From Dehalococcoidia bacterium (GTDB lineage: Bacteria > Chloroflexota > Dehalococcoidia > Lucifugimonadales > UBA3495), in NCBI GenBank assembly GCA_965204395.1, contig OZ241987.1, positions 767,951 to 831,950 of the forward strand: 64,000 nucleotides of DNA, read 5' to 3'. The translations under genes and the position numbers were made by a program. Positions 42,004 to 50,184 of the stretch are shown here, piece after piece (positions within the stretch are counted from its first letter, which is position 1; each line of letters starts with the position of its first letter). The notes below the pieces were generated by a model. That model saw nothing but the letters and a program-made list of their open reading frames with translations. It was not told where the DNA came from and searched no databases.

Positions 42004-42195
42004 ATGGCCTCAGGACCAAGGGAACCACGCCAACCCGGCGAACCCAGAGAACCCATCATCTATTGTGCCCGTTGCAACGCCAACACACCCACCCGAGACC
42101 CCGAGATCATCACCATGCGCAACGGCATGCCCGCCACCATCGGCTACTGCGTTCGCTGCGGCACCCGTAAATTCCACCAGGGGGTTGGCCGCTGA
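42004..42195 (+). CDS. DUF5679-like zinc-ribbon small protein
   Basis: CARCNANTPTRDPEIITMRNGMPATIGYCVRCGTRKF has the CxxC...MxNGxxA..G.CxxCGT layout. AAGGGAG lies before the ATG. Confidence 0.55.
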   Translation: MASGPREPRQPGEPREPIIYCARCNANTPTRDPEIITMRNGMPATIGYCVRCGTRKFHQGVGR

Positions 42196-42225
42196 CCCAG
42201 CCCGACCTGATCCCTCGCCTTGCCC

Positions 42226-43209
42226 TTACCCCAAACGCGAGCCTGTGAATTCCGGGTATCCCCGCAAGAACTCTCCACCCGTTGACGCCCTGCGTCCCGC
42301 CAGTTGCAACCGCTTCACCTCCAGTAATCCGTCCGCCGTCCCTACCGCAATCCCGCCGTCCTCTGCCGCGGTTACCAGACCCGGTTCCGCATCCTCACCC
42401 GAAACAGCAACCACCTCCAGCAGCTTCAGTTCCTTCCCTTGCCACATCGAATATAGTCCCGGCCACGGCGTATAGGCCCGTTGCCGTCTGGCCAGCGCTT
42501 CCGCGCTCAGTTCCCAGTCCGCCAATCCATCGGCCCGCTCCAGCTTGCTAGTGTAAGTCGCTCGCTCATCGTCCTGTTCCACAGCCGGCACGGAGCCGTC
42601 AATCCACCCCGGCAACGACTCAATCAACAACGCCGCGCCATCAGCGAACAGCGTTTCCGTCAAAGTCGCCGCGTCGTCCGACTCGTCAACCCGCCGCTCG
42701 CGTTGCGCGATGATCGGCCCCGTGTCCATCCCCTCATCCAGCAGCATCAGCGACACGCCCGTAACCTCGTCGCCCGCCAAAATCGCCCCGGTCACCGGCG
42801 CCGGCCCCCGGTACTTGGGCAGCAGCGAGGGGTGCAGGTTCAAACAGCCGAATCGCGGAATCGACAGCGCCTCGGGAGGAAGCAGCCGCCCGTAAGCAGC
42901 TACCACCACGCCGTCCGGTTGGTAGGACTCCAACTGCGCCACCGCATCAGCATCCCGGAACGTCCTCGGCTGCTCTACCGGGACACCCAATTCCTGCCCG
43001 CGCTGTTTGACCGGAGACGCCTCCAGAATCTGACCCCTGCCGCGCTTGCGGTCCGGCGGCGTGTAAACCGCGGCTAACTCGACGTCCGGGCAATCCCACA
43101 ACGCATCCAGCGCTGGGACGGCGAACGTCGGTGTACCCATGAACACCACTTGGAGCCTGTCCTCGCTCCTGTTGGAGTCCAGAGATTCCTTTGGCGGATG
43201 GCTTGACAA
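42226..43209 (-). CDS. fmt: methionyl-tRNA formyltransferase
   Basis: VVFMGTPTFAVPAL, NLHPSLLPKYRGPAP, and the C-terminal beta-barrel domain. The TTG at 43209 gives an unusually long N-terminus, so the true start may be downstream. Confidence 0.88.
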   Translation of the reverse strand: MSSHPPKESLDSNRSEDRLQVVFMGTPTFAVPALDALWDCPDVELAAVYTPPDRKRGRGQILEASPVKQRGQELGVPVEQPRTFRDADAVAQLESYQPDGVVVAAYGRLLPPEALSIPRFGCLNLHPSLLPKYRGPAPVTGAILAGDEVTGVSLMLLDEGMDTGPIIAQRERRVDESDDAATLTETLFADGAALLIESLPGWIDGSVPAVEQDDERATYTSKLERADGLADWELSAEALARRQRAYTPWPGLYSMWQGKELKLLEVVAVSGEDAEPGLVTAAEDGGIAVGTADGLLEVKRLQLAGRRASTGGEFLRGYPEFTGSRLG

Positions 43210-43277
43210 GTAAATCCCCTGCGATGTAAATTTGTCGTAACCGCTGTGCGGAACTTAAAGAAAGGAGGTGATTGCGA

Positions 43278-43349
43278 ATGGAAGCTAGTTTAACATGCTG
43301 GGGCGATGGTAGGCACCAGTCTGGACACGACGGGGTGAACGCCTCTTAG
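43278..43349 (+). other. 23-codon mini-ORF behind a near-perfect Shine-Dalgarno sequence (possible leader peptide)
   Basis: AAAGGAGGTGAT, then 7 nt, then the ATG at 43278. The peptide is MEASLTCWGDGRHQSGHDGVNAS. The ORF runs into the 5' arm of the long stem at 43300-43324. Confidence 0.3.
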
Positions 43350-43466
43350 CGTCATCGCTTTTCTAAATACGGCATTTAGCCCGTCAGTCGGGCCCAGACC
43401 AGTGTCTACCGTCGCCCCAAGGTTTTGGGAGCATCGGGCGGCAAGCCAAAGGTCCAGTCTGGGCCC
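43300..43466. other. structured intergenic element: 25-bp imperfect inverted repeat plus a mutually exclusive 10-bp stem
   Basis: 43300-43324 pairs with 43394-43418: 21 Watson-Crick pairs, 2 G-U pairs and 2 mismatches. 43390-43399 (gggcccagac) is the perfect complement of 43457-43466 (gtctgggccc). Confidence 0.6.
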
Positions 43467-43556
43467 GATACCCTTTTAATCGCCTGTCCTGACATCCTGT
43501 TGATTGGCCGATTCCATCAACGAGCATGGCATGTTTGCTCGTGAACCTCAGGCAGT

Positions 43557-43585
43557 TTGACAAATTCCCCGGCTAATCATACATT
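43557..43585 (+). promoter_or_regulatory. sigma70-type promoter candidate for rpsP operon
   Basis: TTGACA (43557-43562), a 17-nt spacer, and TACATT (43580-43585), about 40 nt upstream of the rpsP ATG. Confidence 0.5.
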
Positions 43586-43624
43586 GAAAGATACCCTATT
43601 CGTAAATTCAGCCACGGAGTACTA

Positions 43625-43894
43625 ATGCTACGGATTCGCCTGCGGAGAGTAGGAAAGAAAGGCCGCCCCTACTATCGAATCGTCGTAACCGACCAGCGCA
43701 ACCCGCGCGACGGCGCTTATCTCGACGGCATCGGCCACTACGACCCAATGGCAGACCCACCGGCGGTAACCCTCGACGAAAATCGGGCAGTTGATTGGTT
43801 GCGCAAAGGCGCTCAACCCTCAGACCCGGTGCGTCGTATCTTCGATTTCAACGGCATCTTCGACAAGGTACACGCCGATGAAAGAACTGATTGA
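43625..43894 (+). CDS. rpsP: 30S ribosomal protein S16
   Basis: MLRIRLRRVGKKGRPYYRIVVTDQRNPRDG is the canonical S16 N-terminus. GGAG precedes the ATG. Confidence 0.95.
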   Translation: MLRIRLRRVGKKGRPYYRIVVTDQRNPRDGAYLDGIGHYDPMADPPAVTLDENRAVDWLRKGAQPSDPVRRIFDFNGIFDKVHADERTD

Positions 43895-44105
43895 GTTCAT
43901 CGCCCAGTCCCTCACGTCTAACCCCGAAGCGGTGCGCGTCACGGAGTCCGACGAAGGCGATCAGATTGTGATCCGTCTGGAAGTTGCCCCCGAAGACAAG
44001 GGCAAAGTGATCGGCCGGCAGGGACGAGTCGCCCAGGCCATGCGCGTCCTGCTCCGCGTCGCCGCAGTCAAGGACGGAACCCGGGCCGTCCTGGAGATTG
44101 TCTAG
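43878..44105 (+). CDS. KH-domain RNA-binding protein (KhpA/YlqC-like)
   Basis: ATG at 43878. GKVIGRQGRVAQAMRVLL contains the GxxG KH motif. This is the usual position between rpsP and rimM. Confidence 0.85.
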   Translation: MKELIEFIAQSLTSNPEAVRVTESDEGDQIVIRLEVAPEDKGKVIGRQGRVAQAMRVLLRVAAVKDGTRAVLEIV

Positions 44106-44694
44106 GCCCCGACAACCCCGGCGCCGCAGACCCCGGACACCTTCACGGGGCGCGGCTGCTCAGAACTCCTCGTCGGCGCCTCAGGAACCGGAACCCCCGG
44201 ACGGTTGCGTGCTGGTCGGCCGTGTCATGCGTTCCCATGGCCGCGAGGGAGTCCTCAGGATCCAGTCCCTCTCCGACAACCCGAACCGGTTCTGCGTCGG
44301 CGAATCGCTAACGGTGGGCGGCCAGTCCAGAGGCATCGCTTCCTACCAGACTCTCCCCAACGCTCAGGCCCTATTGGGGCTGGACGGTCTGGAAACCCCT
44401 GCTCTCGCCCAATCCTTGGCCGGCGAGTGGATCTTCGCCCCCATCGGCTCCACCGATAGCCTGGAGCCCGACGAGTACTACCACTACCAACTGATCGGCC
44501 TGTCCGTCGTAACTGACGAGGGCGAAACCTTGGGCACCATCAGGGAAATCCTCGCCACCGGCAGCAACGATGTCTACGTCGTCAGGCCCGAATCCGGCCC
44601 CGAAATCCTGCTGCCCGCCATCTCTCAGGTGGTAAAAAGCATCGGCCTCGAATCAAGCACGATGCTCGTCCATCTCCTCAACGGCCTCAGATAA
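44098..44694 (+). CDS. rimM: 16S rRNA processing protein RimM
   Basis: LVGRVMRSHGREGVLRIQSLSDNPNRF, YYHYQLIGLSV, and GSNDVYVV...ILLP. The N-terminal Arg/Pro-rich 40 aa make the start uncertain. Confidence 0.85.
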   Translation: MSRPRQPRRRRPRTPSRGAAAQNSSSAPQEPEPPDGCVLVGRVMRSHGREGVLRIQSLSDNPNRFCVGESLTVGGQSRGIASYQTLPNAQALLGLDGLETPALAQSLAGEWIFAPIGSTDSLEPDEYYHYQLIGLSVVTDEGETLGTIREILATGSNDVYVVRPESGPEILLPAISQVVKSIGLESSTMLVHLLNGLR

Positions 44695-44698
44695 AAAT

Positions 44699-44737
44699 CC
44701 CCTCTCCCTTGATGGGAGAGGGTTAGTGTGAGGGTGA
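44699..44737 (+). terminator. family 2 hairpin element (copy 2) between convergent genes; candidate bidirectional terminator
   Basis: ccctctccc ttgat gggagaggg followed by ttagtgtgagggtga, beginning 5 nt after the rimM stop. About 31 of 38 positions are shared with copy 1. Confidence 0.45.
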
Positions 44738-44767
44738 AATCCTCCCAACAGCCGCCTTAATTCGCCC

Positions 44768-45256
44768 CTAATCTCCAGCCGCCACCGCGTGCCGCTCAGC
44801 GGGGGCGTGCTCGTTTTCCGCCCCGTCCGTGAACTCGTGGTCCTCGCACGCCACCCAGCGCGAACCGTCGGCAAACCACTCCTTCTTCCATATCGGCACG
44901 ATCGTCTTGATGCGGTTCACCGCCTCGTGGCACGCCTCAAACGCCTTCACCCGGTGCGGCGACGCCACGGCAACTACCAGGCTGATGTGCCCAACGTCCA
45001 CGCGACCCGTGCGGTGAGCAATGGCAATATCTTCAATGCCGTAGTCCGCCCGCAGGCTGTCCCGCACCTCGTGCATCTTCTTGACCGCCATCACGTCGTA
45101 GGCTTCGTACTCCAGCCGCGTGACGGTCTTGCCACCGAAATTATCGCGGGTCGTCCCTAGAAAGGTGACCACCGCTCCATTGCCATCCGCTCGTACCGAG
45201 TCGGTGACTGCGACCGGATCCAGCGGTTCGTCTGTAAGGATAATCATCGTCAGCAA
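44768..45256 (-). CDS. moaE: molybdopterin synthase catalytic subunit MoaE
   Basis: GAVVTFLGTTRDNFGGKTVTRLEYEAY...IAHRTGRVDVGHISLVVAVASPHR...PIWKKE. Confidence 0.88.
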   Translation of the reverse strand: MLTMIILTDEPLDPVAVTDSVRADGNGAVVTFLGTTRDNFGGKTVTRLEYEAYDVMAVKKMHEVRDSLRADYGIEDIAIAHRTGRVDVGHISLVVAVASPHRVKAFEACHEAVNRIKTIVPIWKKEWFADGSRWVACEDHEFTDGAENEHAPAERHAVAAGD

Positions 45257-45262
45257 CCTCCG

Positions 45263-45514
45263 CTAACCGCGTCCTCCACTGACTGGAGGTATCAGGCAAA
45301 CCTCGTCTCCGGGCTGCAGCAACTGGTCATCGTCCGCGTATTCTGCGTTCACCGCCACCACAATGCGAACCTCCGGCGGCGCCAGTCGGGGATAGTCGCC
45401 CCTCACCGCCGCCGTGAGATCGCCGACCAACGCTCCGTCGGGCAATTCCACCGTCACTACCGACGCGCCGGCCCGCTCCCGGTACAACGCAAATAATCGA
45501 ACATCAAAAAGCAT
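45263..45514 (-). CDS. moaD: MoaD/ThiS-family sulfur-carrier protein with GG followed by two extra residues
   Basis: 83 aa with a beta-grasp pattern. The C-terminus is ...CLIPPVSGGRG. Confidence 0.8.
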   Translation of the reverse strand: MLFDVRLFALYRERAGASVVTVELPDGALVGDLTAAVRGDYPRLAPPEVRIVVAVNAEYADDDQLLQPGDEVCLIPPVSGGRG

Positions 45515-45550
45515 GGTGCTTAGGATTATGGGCGGGCAGGTACGATGGTG

Positions 45551-46216
45551 TCAACGTGCGGGTGATTGGTATTGGGCCAGAAACATCCGTGTGATTCCGC
45601 AGTACTCCGCTGCTGCATCCGTAAAGACGTCGACAACAGATAGCAGTTGACTTTCGTCGTGTTGGGACAGCGCGTCTTGGAAACGTGCGATCCAACGCTG
45701 CCGGCTTTTCCGCAAATCCCTATTGTTCAACCCTAAGCTGGAAATTGTATTTTGCGCCTTGATACGGTCAGGTTCCGCCAAACCTCCCTTTGGAACTATT
45801 TCGCCAGTGCGCGCACTATAGTCAAAATACAATTTCAACCGTTCCGGGATACATGGAGCACATGGGTCAACTAGTCCTGATGAAGGCCACTGATCCGCCT
45901 TTCTGCTGTTGCACCTATCGCAGCAGAAAACCCAGTTCGACCATTCATAAGTCAATTTGGGAAATTGGCTTTTCGGTTTGAAATGATCAACCGTAGGAGC
46001 TCGGCTGCCCGATTCCGATGTCTCTGCACAAATTCGCTCACAATATCCGCACTTTCCCAGAAACGCGGTTCGCAGTTCTTGACGAAATTTTCTCCAATAG
46101 GAATCGCGCGGCTGCGACTTCCCCGGATTGTTGGAATAACGCACCCAACCAAGCGTGAAATTCAGCCTGTACCGCTCAACTCCGGCCGGTTCAGGCCCTC
46201 GGTCAACCCACCGCAT
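45551..46216 (-). CDS. ptuB: HNH endonuclease, TIGR02646/PtuB-like (Septu nuclease component)
   Basis: C56xxC59 (GKCGYCE), VDHFKPKS, WSNW, and CCDRCNSRK form the HNH zinc-finger layout. 221 aa, starting 3 nt after the ptuA stop. Confidence 0.8.
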   Translation of the reverse strand: MRWVDRGPEPAGVERYRLNFTLGWVRYSNNPGKSQPRDSYWRKFRQELRTAFLGKCGYCERICAETSESGSRAPTVDHFKPKSQFPKLTYEWSNWVFCCDRCNSRKADQWPSSGLVDPCAPCIPERLKLYFDYSARTGEIVPKGGLAEPDRIKAQNTISSLGLNNRDLRKSRQRWIARFQDALSQHDESQLLSVVDVFTDAAAEYCGITRMFLAQYQSPAR

Positions 46217-46219
46217 AGA

Positions 46220-47518
46220 CTACGTGTCCCCCAGGCCTGATCCGGACATTCGCGAACTCAACGCCCTGCGCAACATTTCGTCGAACCGATCGTCTTGCGC
46301 CTTCTGCCATCCTCCAGCTGTCATATCCTCGTCCACCAACCGTTCTAACACGTCCAGTCGGGTTTCCTCTTCTGTCGACAGGACGTCCTTCTCTCGGAGT
46401 TCCCGTAGTTCTTCGGCATGCCGGGCCGTACGCTCATCAGTCGGGTCATCAATCCCCATAAACGTGCGGTAGATTTCATCTGCAGTCCACCCTATGACGT
46501 CCTGCTCGTTGCGCGACCAAACGACCCTCCCCGTTTCCTCCCTTTTGAGCAGGTGAACCTGCCCCGCCTTCAGCCCGGCTACCATCATCGGCGAGTGCGA
46601 ACTGGCGAAAATCTGCACGTTGGGAAAATACTCCGCCAGTGCAGGGATGATTCGTCGCTGCCAGGAGGGATGCAGATGGGCGTCGATATCGTCAATGATG
46701 AAGATACCGGAACGCGCCCGCCAGACATGATCGTCCGCATATTTTTGAGCATGGCCAACGACTAGCCGGACAACCCAGCCGAGAATATACTGCGTGCCCA
46801 GGCTCAAGTTGTCGGACGACACATAGCCGTCGATGGTTTGCGTGGCCACTTGCATATCTCTTCGGCTTCCACTGACAGCCCTGATTTGCAACGGGAATTC
46901 ATCGGTGATTCGCGCCAGAATTTCTCGTATAGTATCATCCACGTCCCTGTCGAACTCGCTGGCCCTCATGTTGTGTCGAGCCAGGAGCGTCGTATTGGGC
47001 AGAATATCCAAGCGGTAATTGGTGTGCGTAACGAAGCCGACGTGCCCAAAATCACTCGACTTGTGCGCATCCCACTCACCATACCGACAACCCGTTCCTG
47101 GGGCAGCAACGCCAAAATCATAAATGTGTCCAACTAGGTCGTCAGCCACGTCCATATATGCCATCCGTTCCATTGCGCCGGATAGAAGTCCATAATCGCT
47201 CTCAAACCGCAGATGGCGATCCCGGTCATTACTCCAATCGATTGCCACAGTTACGGTAGTGGGATCATGCGGAAACCCTACGTGTTGTTGATAGCGGTAT
47301 TGAAAATCGTCTGTCCAACGCTGCGTCAGTAGGTTCACTGCTTGCAAGATGGTGGATTTTCCCACGTTATTGGGGCCAGTGAACAAATTGACCTGCTCAT
47401 CGAAATCAATGCTTACGATGGATGAGTTTAATGATCGGACACCGTCCTCCCCACGACCACTCGCGGGGCGAGGACGAAACGGTCCCAAGTTTCCGAGTTC
47501 CAACGATTTTATCGGCAT
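46220..47518 (-). CDS. ptuA: ABC/AAA_15-AAA_21-type ATPase, PtuA-like (Septu ATPase component)
   Basis: Walker A FTGPNNVGKST near the N-terminus, and distal Walker B/D-loop/H-loop IFIIDDIDAHLHPSWQRR...ASSHSP. 432 aa. Confidence 0.8.
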   Translation of the reverse strand: MPIKSLELGNLGPFRPRPASGRGEDGVRSLNSSIVSIDFDEQVNLFTGPNNVGKSTILQAVNLLTQRWTDDFQYRYQQHVGFPHDPTTVTVAIDWSNDRDRHLRFESDYGLLSGAMERMAYMDVADDLVGHIYDFGVAAPGTGCRYGEWDAHKSSDFGHVGFVTHTNYRLDILPNTTLLARHNMRASEFDRDVDDTIREILARITDEFPLQIRAVSGSRRDMQVATQTIDGYVSSDNLSLGTQYILGWVVRLVVGHAQKYADDHVWRARSGIFIIDDIDAHLHPSWQRRIIPALAEYFPNVQIFASSHSPMMVAGLKAGQVHLLKREETGRVVWSRNEQDVIGWTADEIYRTFMGIDDPTDERTARHAEELRELREKDVLSTEEETRLDVLERLVDEDMTAGGWQKAQDDRFDEMLRRALSSRMSGSGLGDT

Positions 47519-47610
47519 TCCATACCTTCACACCGAGCGATAATCGCCTGTATCATCTCCGAATATAGCATACGTTACATTGTATCGCCCATCTCACCAG
47601 GAGCCGACCC

Positions 47611-48714
47611 ATGCCCGACCGACAGCGCCTTACCCAGACCCTCATCGAACTCATCAAGATCGATAGCCCCACCGGGGAGGAGGACGCCATCGATGCGCAC
47701 CTCTCCAATCGCTTGGCAAATCTGGGCGCGACCGTCCGGCATGATAGCTACGGCAACCTGATCGCTACCATTCCCGATGGCGGCCCGGCTTCCGACCAGC
47801 GCCCGGTCATGCTGTCCGCCCACATGGACACCGTTGAACCCGGCCGCGGAATCAATCCGACCCTGGACTCTGACGGCGAAACGCTCCGCTCCGACGGCAG
47901 CACCATCCTCGGTGGAGACTGCAAAGCCGGCATCGCTATCGTCCTCGAAGGATTGACTTCAGCAATTGAGGAGGGGGCGCCGCTCCGTCCCGTCCAAGTC
48001 GTGTTCTCCCGTGCCGAGGAAGGCGGACTCAATGGCGCGCGCAATTTGGACTTTTCTCTCGTCCACGCCCAAACCGGTATCGTATTCGACGGAGAGGGCC
48101 CGGTCAGCCGCATCTGCGTCGGTGCCCCGGCCCAGAACATCGTTCAGGCAAATATCACCGGAGTAGCCGCCCACGCCGGCCTGGAACCCGAAAACGGCGT
48201 TTCCGCCCTGCTGGTCGCCGCCAACATCCTCACCCGCCTGCCTTTGGGCCGCATCGACGAAGAAACCACCGGCAACATCGGCCTGCTTGAGGGCGGTCTC
48301 AAGCGCAACATCATCCCCGAGCGCGCTTACCTGGACGGCGAACTGCGGTCCCGCAACCAGGCCAAGCTCGACAATTACACCGCGGAGTTTGAACGGGCTT
48401 TCGATCAGGTCGCAACCATGTATCCGTCGGCTGACATCGACCTGAAAATCTGGAGCCAGTATCGGGCTTACAGCGTTCCACAGAACGATCCGGCCCTGGC
48501 ACTCATAACCGGTAGTGTCGCTGCCGCCGGCCTTACGCCATCCACTGAAACGACCGGCGGGGGTTCCGACGCTAACGTATTCTTCGAGCACGGCATCACG
48601 GCCCTGCCCGTCGGCATCGGCGTCCGAGATTTCCACACTACCCGGGAAACCGCCAACTTGAGCGAAATCTTCGACGCCGCTCGCGTCTGCCAGGCTTACA
48701 TCCGCGCCGGGTAA
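47611..48714 (+). CDS. M20-family metallopeptidase (PepT/tripeptidase-like)
   Basis: LIKIDSPTGEE, VMLSAHMDTVEPG, RAEEGGLNGA, GGGSDANVF. Confidence 0.8.
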   Translation: MPDRQRLTQTLIELIKIDSPTGEEDAIDAHLSNRLANLGATVRHDSYGNLIATIPDGGPASDQRPVMLSAHMDTVEPGRGINPTLDSDGETLRSDGSTILGGDCKAGIAIVLEGLTSAIEEGAPLRPVQVVFSRAEEGGLNGARNLDFSLVHAQTGIVFDGEGPVSRICVGAPAQNIVQANITGVAAHAGLEPENGVSALLVAANILTRLPLGRIDEETTGNIGLLEGGLKRNIIPERAYLDGELRSRNQAKLDNYTAEFERAFDQVATMYPSADIDLKIWSQYRAYSVPQNDPALALITGSVAAAGLTPSTETTGGGSDANVFFEHGITALPVGIGVRDFHTTRETANLSEIFDAARVCQAYIRAG

Positions 48715-48911
48715 CTGTTTTCTGGCCCCTTTATCCTGTTGGCGGAACCCGTTTCCGTCCGCCACCTATCGACGCCCGCCGTGCTCTCACACCGCTCTGT
48801 TGCTGGGCTAGATGCAGCGTCTGTCCATATCCCTCATGCTGGACCGTTTAGCATCGTACCTTCGCGCCTGAACCAAAACCGCAGTTTCCGGTAGCACTGT
48901 CTCACGCTCCC

Positions 48912-48940
48912 TTGACAGGGTAGCGGCAGTCCGATAAATT
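48912..48940 (+). promoter_or_regulatory. sigma70-type promoter candidate upstream of the hopanoid cluster
   Basis: TTGACA (48912-48917), a 17-nt spacer, and TAAATT (48935-48940), about 100 nt before the first gene of the cluster. Confidence 0.45.
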
Positions 48941-49037
48941 TTTGGCGTTGGAATGAATCGCCCCGGTTCATCGCCCCGGTCCACTGAATGGCGCGCCGCG
49001 CTGCCCCTCATTCCTATCGCTCGGCAGGCTACCAAAC

Positions 49038-50147
49038 ATGGGCACAACACCAACCGCCTCTGCGGACGCCCCAACGGAGGGGCGCGCCGCCAACGGCGCT
49101 CCGGCCAACCCGGGGCCAAGCCTCCCCCCGATGTTCGACCGTTACCGGTCATATCTGGAGGGCGCATTGGCCGACGCCGTCCCTGCTTTGGAAGACCACC
49201 CCATCAACACGCTGTTGCGTTACCACCTGGGTTGGTCCGACCGGCAGGGCATCCCCTCTCCTACCCCTGCCTCTCAGGGTAAAGCCCTCCGGCCCACGCT
49301 CTGCATGTTCGCCTGTGACGCATTCGCTGGGCAACTGAGCCACGCCGCGCCGGCGGCGGCAGCCCTCGAGTTGATCCACAACTTTTCCCTGATCCACGAC
49401 GACATCCAGGACCGTGGCTATGAGCGGAGGCACCAACCTACGGTGTGGGCCGTATGGGACACCCCCCGCGCCTTGTTGGCCGGCGACTCCATGCAATCCC
49501 TCGGCGACTTCACGTCAATCCGCGCCACGGACTCCATCGACCCCGCCACTGCAATCCGAGTGTCTGCCCTGGTCACCGAGAGCTACCTGGAGATGATCGA
49601 AGGCCAATGTCGGGATTTGCAGTTCGAGCAACGGGAAACCATCGGCACCGACGAATACCTGGACATGATCGCCCTCAAAACAGGAGCCCTGATTCGCAGC
49701 AGCCTGGTTGTCGGCGCGGTCTTGGGAACCGAGGACTCCGAAACCATCGAGGGAGTCGCCCGGTTTGGGCGCGCCATCGGCCGTCTCTTCCAGATTCGCG
49801 ATGATTACCTGGGCATCTGGGGAGACGATGCCATCACCGGTAAATCCACCGACAGCGATATCGTACAACGCAAGAAGAGCTATCCCATCGTTTACGCATT
49901 CCAGGAATCTGTCGGCCCCCACCGAACCGAATTGAGTCGGCTATACTCCAAGGAAACGCTGGACGAACCCGACGTTGACCGTGTCCTGGACATATTGGAA
50001 TACATCGGAGCCGCCGGTGAAACCGACGCGCTCACCGAATCAACGGCCGAGGAAGCCAGGGCGTCGTTGGCCGTTTTGGAGTTGCCCGGTTGGGCAGAAA
50101 CAGACGCTGAACATCTCATCGATTTCATGGCCACCCGTCTGTTCTGA
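49038..50147 (+). CDS. polyprenyl diphosphate synthase (FPP/GGPP synthase family)
   Basis: First Asp-rich motif LIHDDIQD and second FQIRDDYLGIWGD. An alternative start is the ATG at 49131 (MFDRYRSY). Confidence 0.85.
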   Translation: MGTTPTASADAPTEGRAANGAPANPGPSLPPMFDRYRSYLEGALADAVPALEDHPINTLLRYHLGWSDRQGIPSPTPASQGKALRPTLCMFACDAFAGQLSHAAPAAAALELIHNFSLIHDDIQDRGYERRHQPTVWAVWDTPRALLAGDSMQSLGDFTSIRATDSIDPATAIRVSALVTESYLEMIEGQCRDLQFEQRETIGTDEYLDMIALKTGALIRSSLVVGAVLGTEDSETIEGVARFGRAIGRLFQIRDDYLGIWGDDAITGKSTDSDIVQRKKSYPIVYAFQESVGPHRTELSRLYSKETLDEPDVDRVLDILEYIGAAGETDALTESTAEEARASLAVLELPGWAETDAEHLIDFMATRLF

Positions 50148-50184
50148 CCCGTTGGCCGTCCCTCAGCGCCCGGAGACAATACGC

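Noticed and set aside
43300-43418. Possible tmRNA, SRP RNA or 6S RNA, because the element starts with GGGGCGA and closes with TCGCCCC next to the rpsP operon.
   Set aside because: There is no T-arm (GGTTCGAATCC-like) or CCA end for tmRNA. There is no SRP domain IV core (GGAAGCAGCC-like). At about 120 nt with a single long stem, it does not fit 6S RNA. It is kept only as an unclassified structured element.
45551-47518. A retron (RT + msr/msd) associated with the ATPase/HNH pair.
   Set aside because: There is no reverse-transcriptase ORF and no long inverted-repeat ncRNA candidate in the 36-nt and 92-nt flanks. The neighbours are moaD and an M20 peptidase.
49975-50184. N-terminal extensions of track ORFs that overlap the preceding gene: hpnH 49975, aroK 31372, SDR to 30322, DUF4268 to 37701, small protein to 38443, tgt 34745, folP 6043.
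   Set aside because: Internal ATG or GTG starts give family-typical lengths, have SD-like sequences and remove long overlaps. The extensions translate to Pro/Arg-rich non-conserved sequence.
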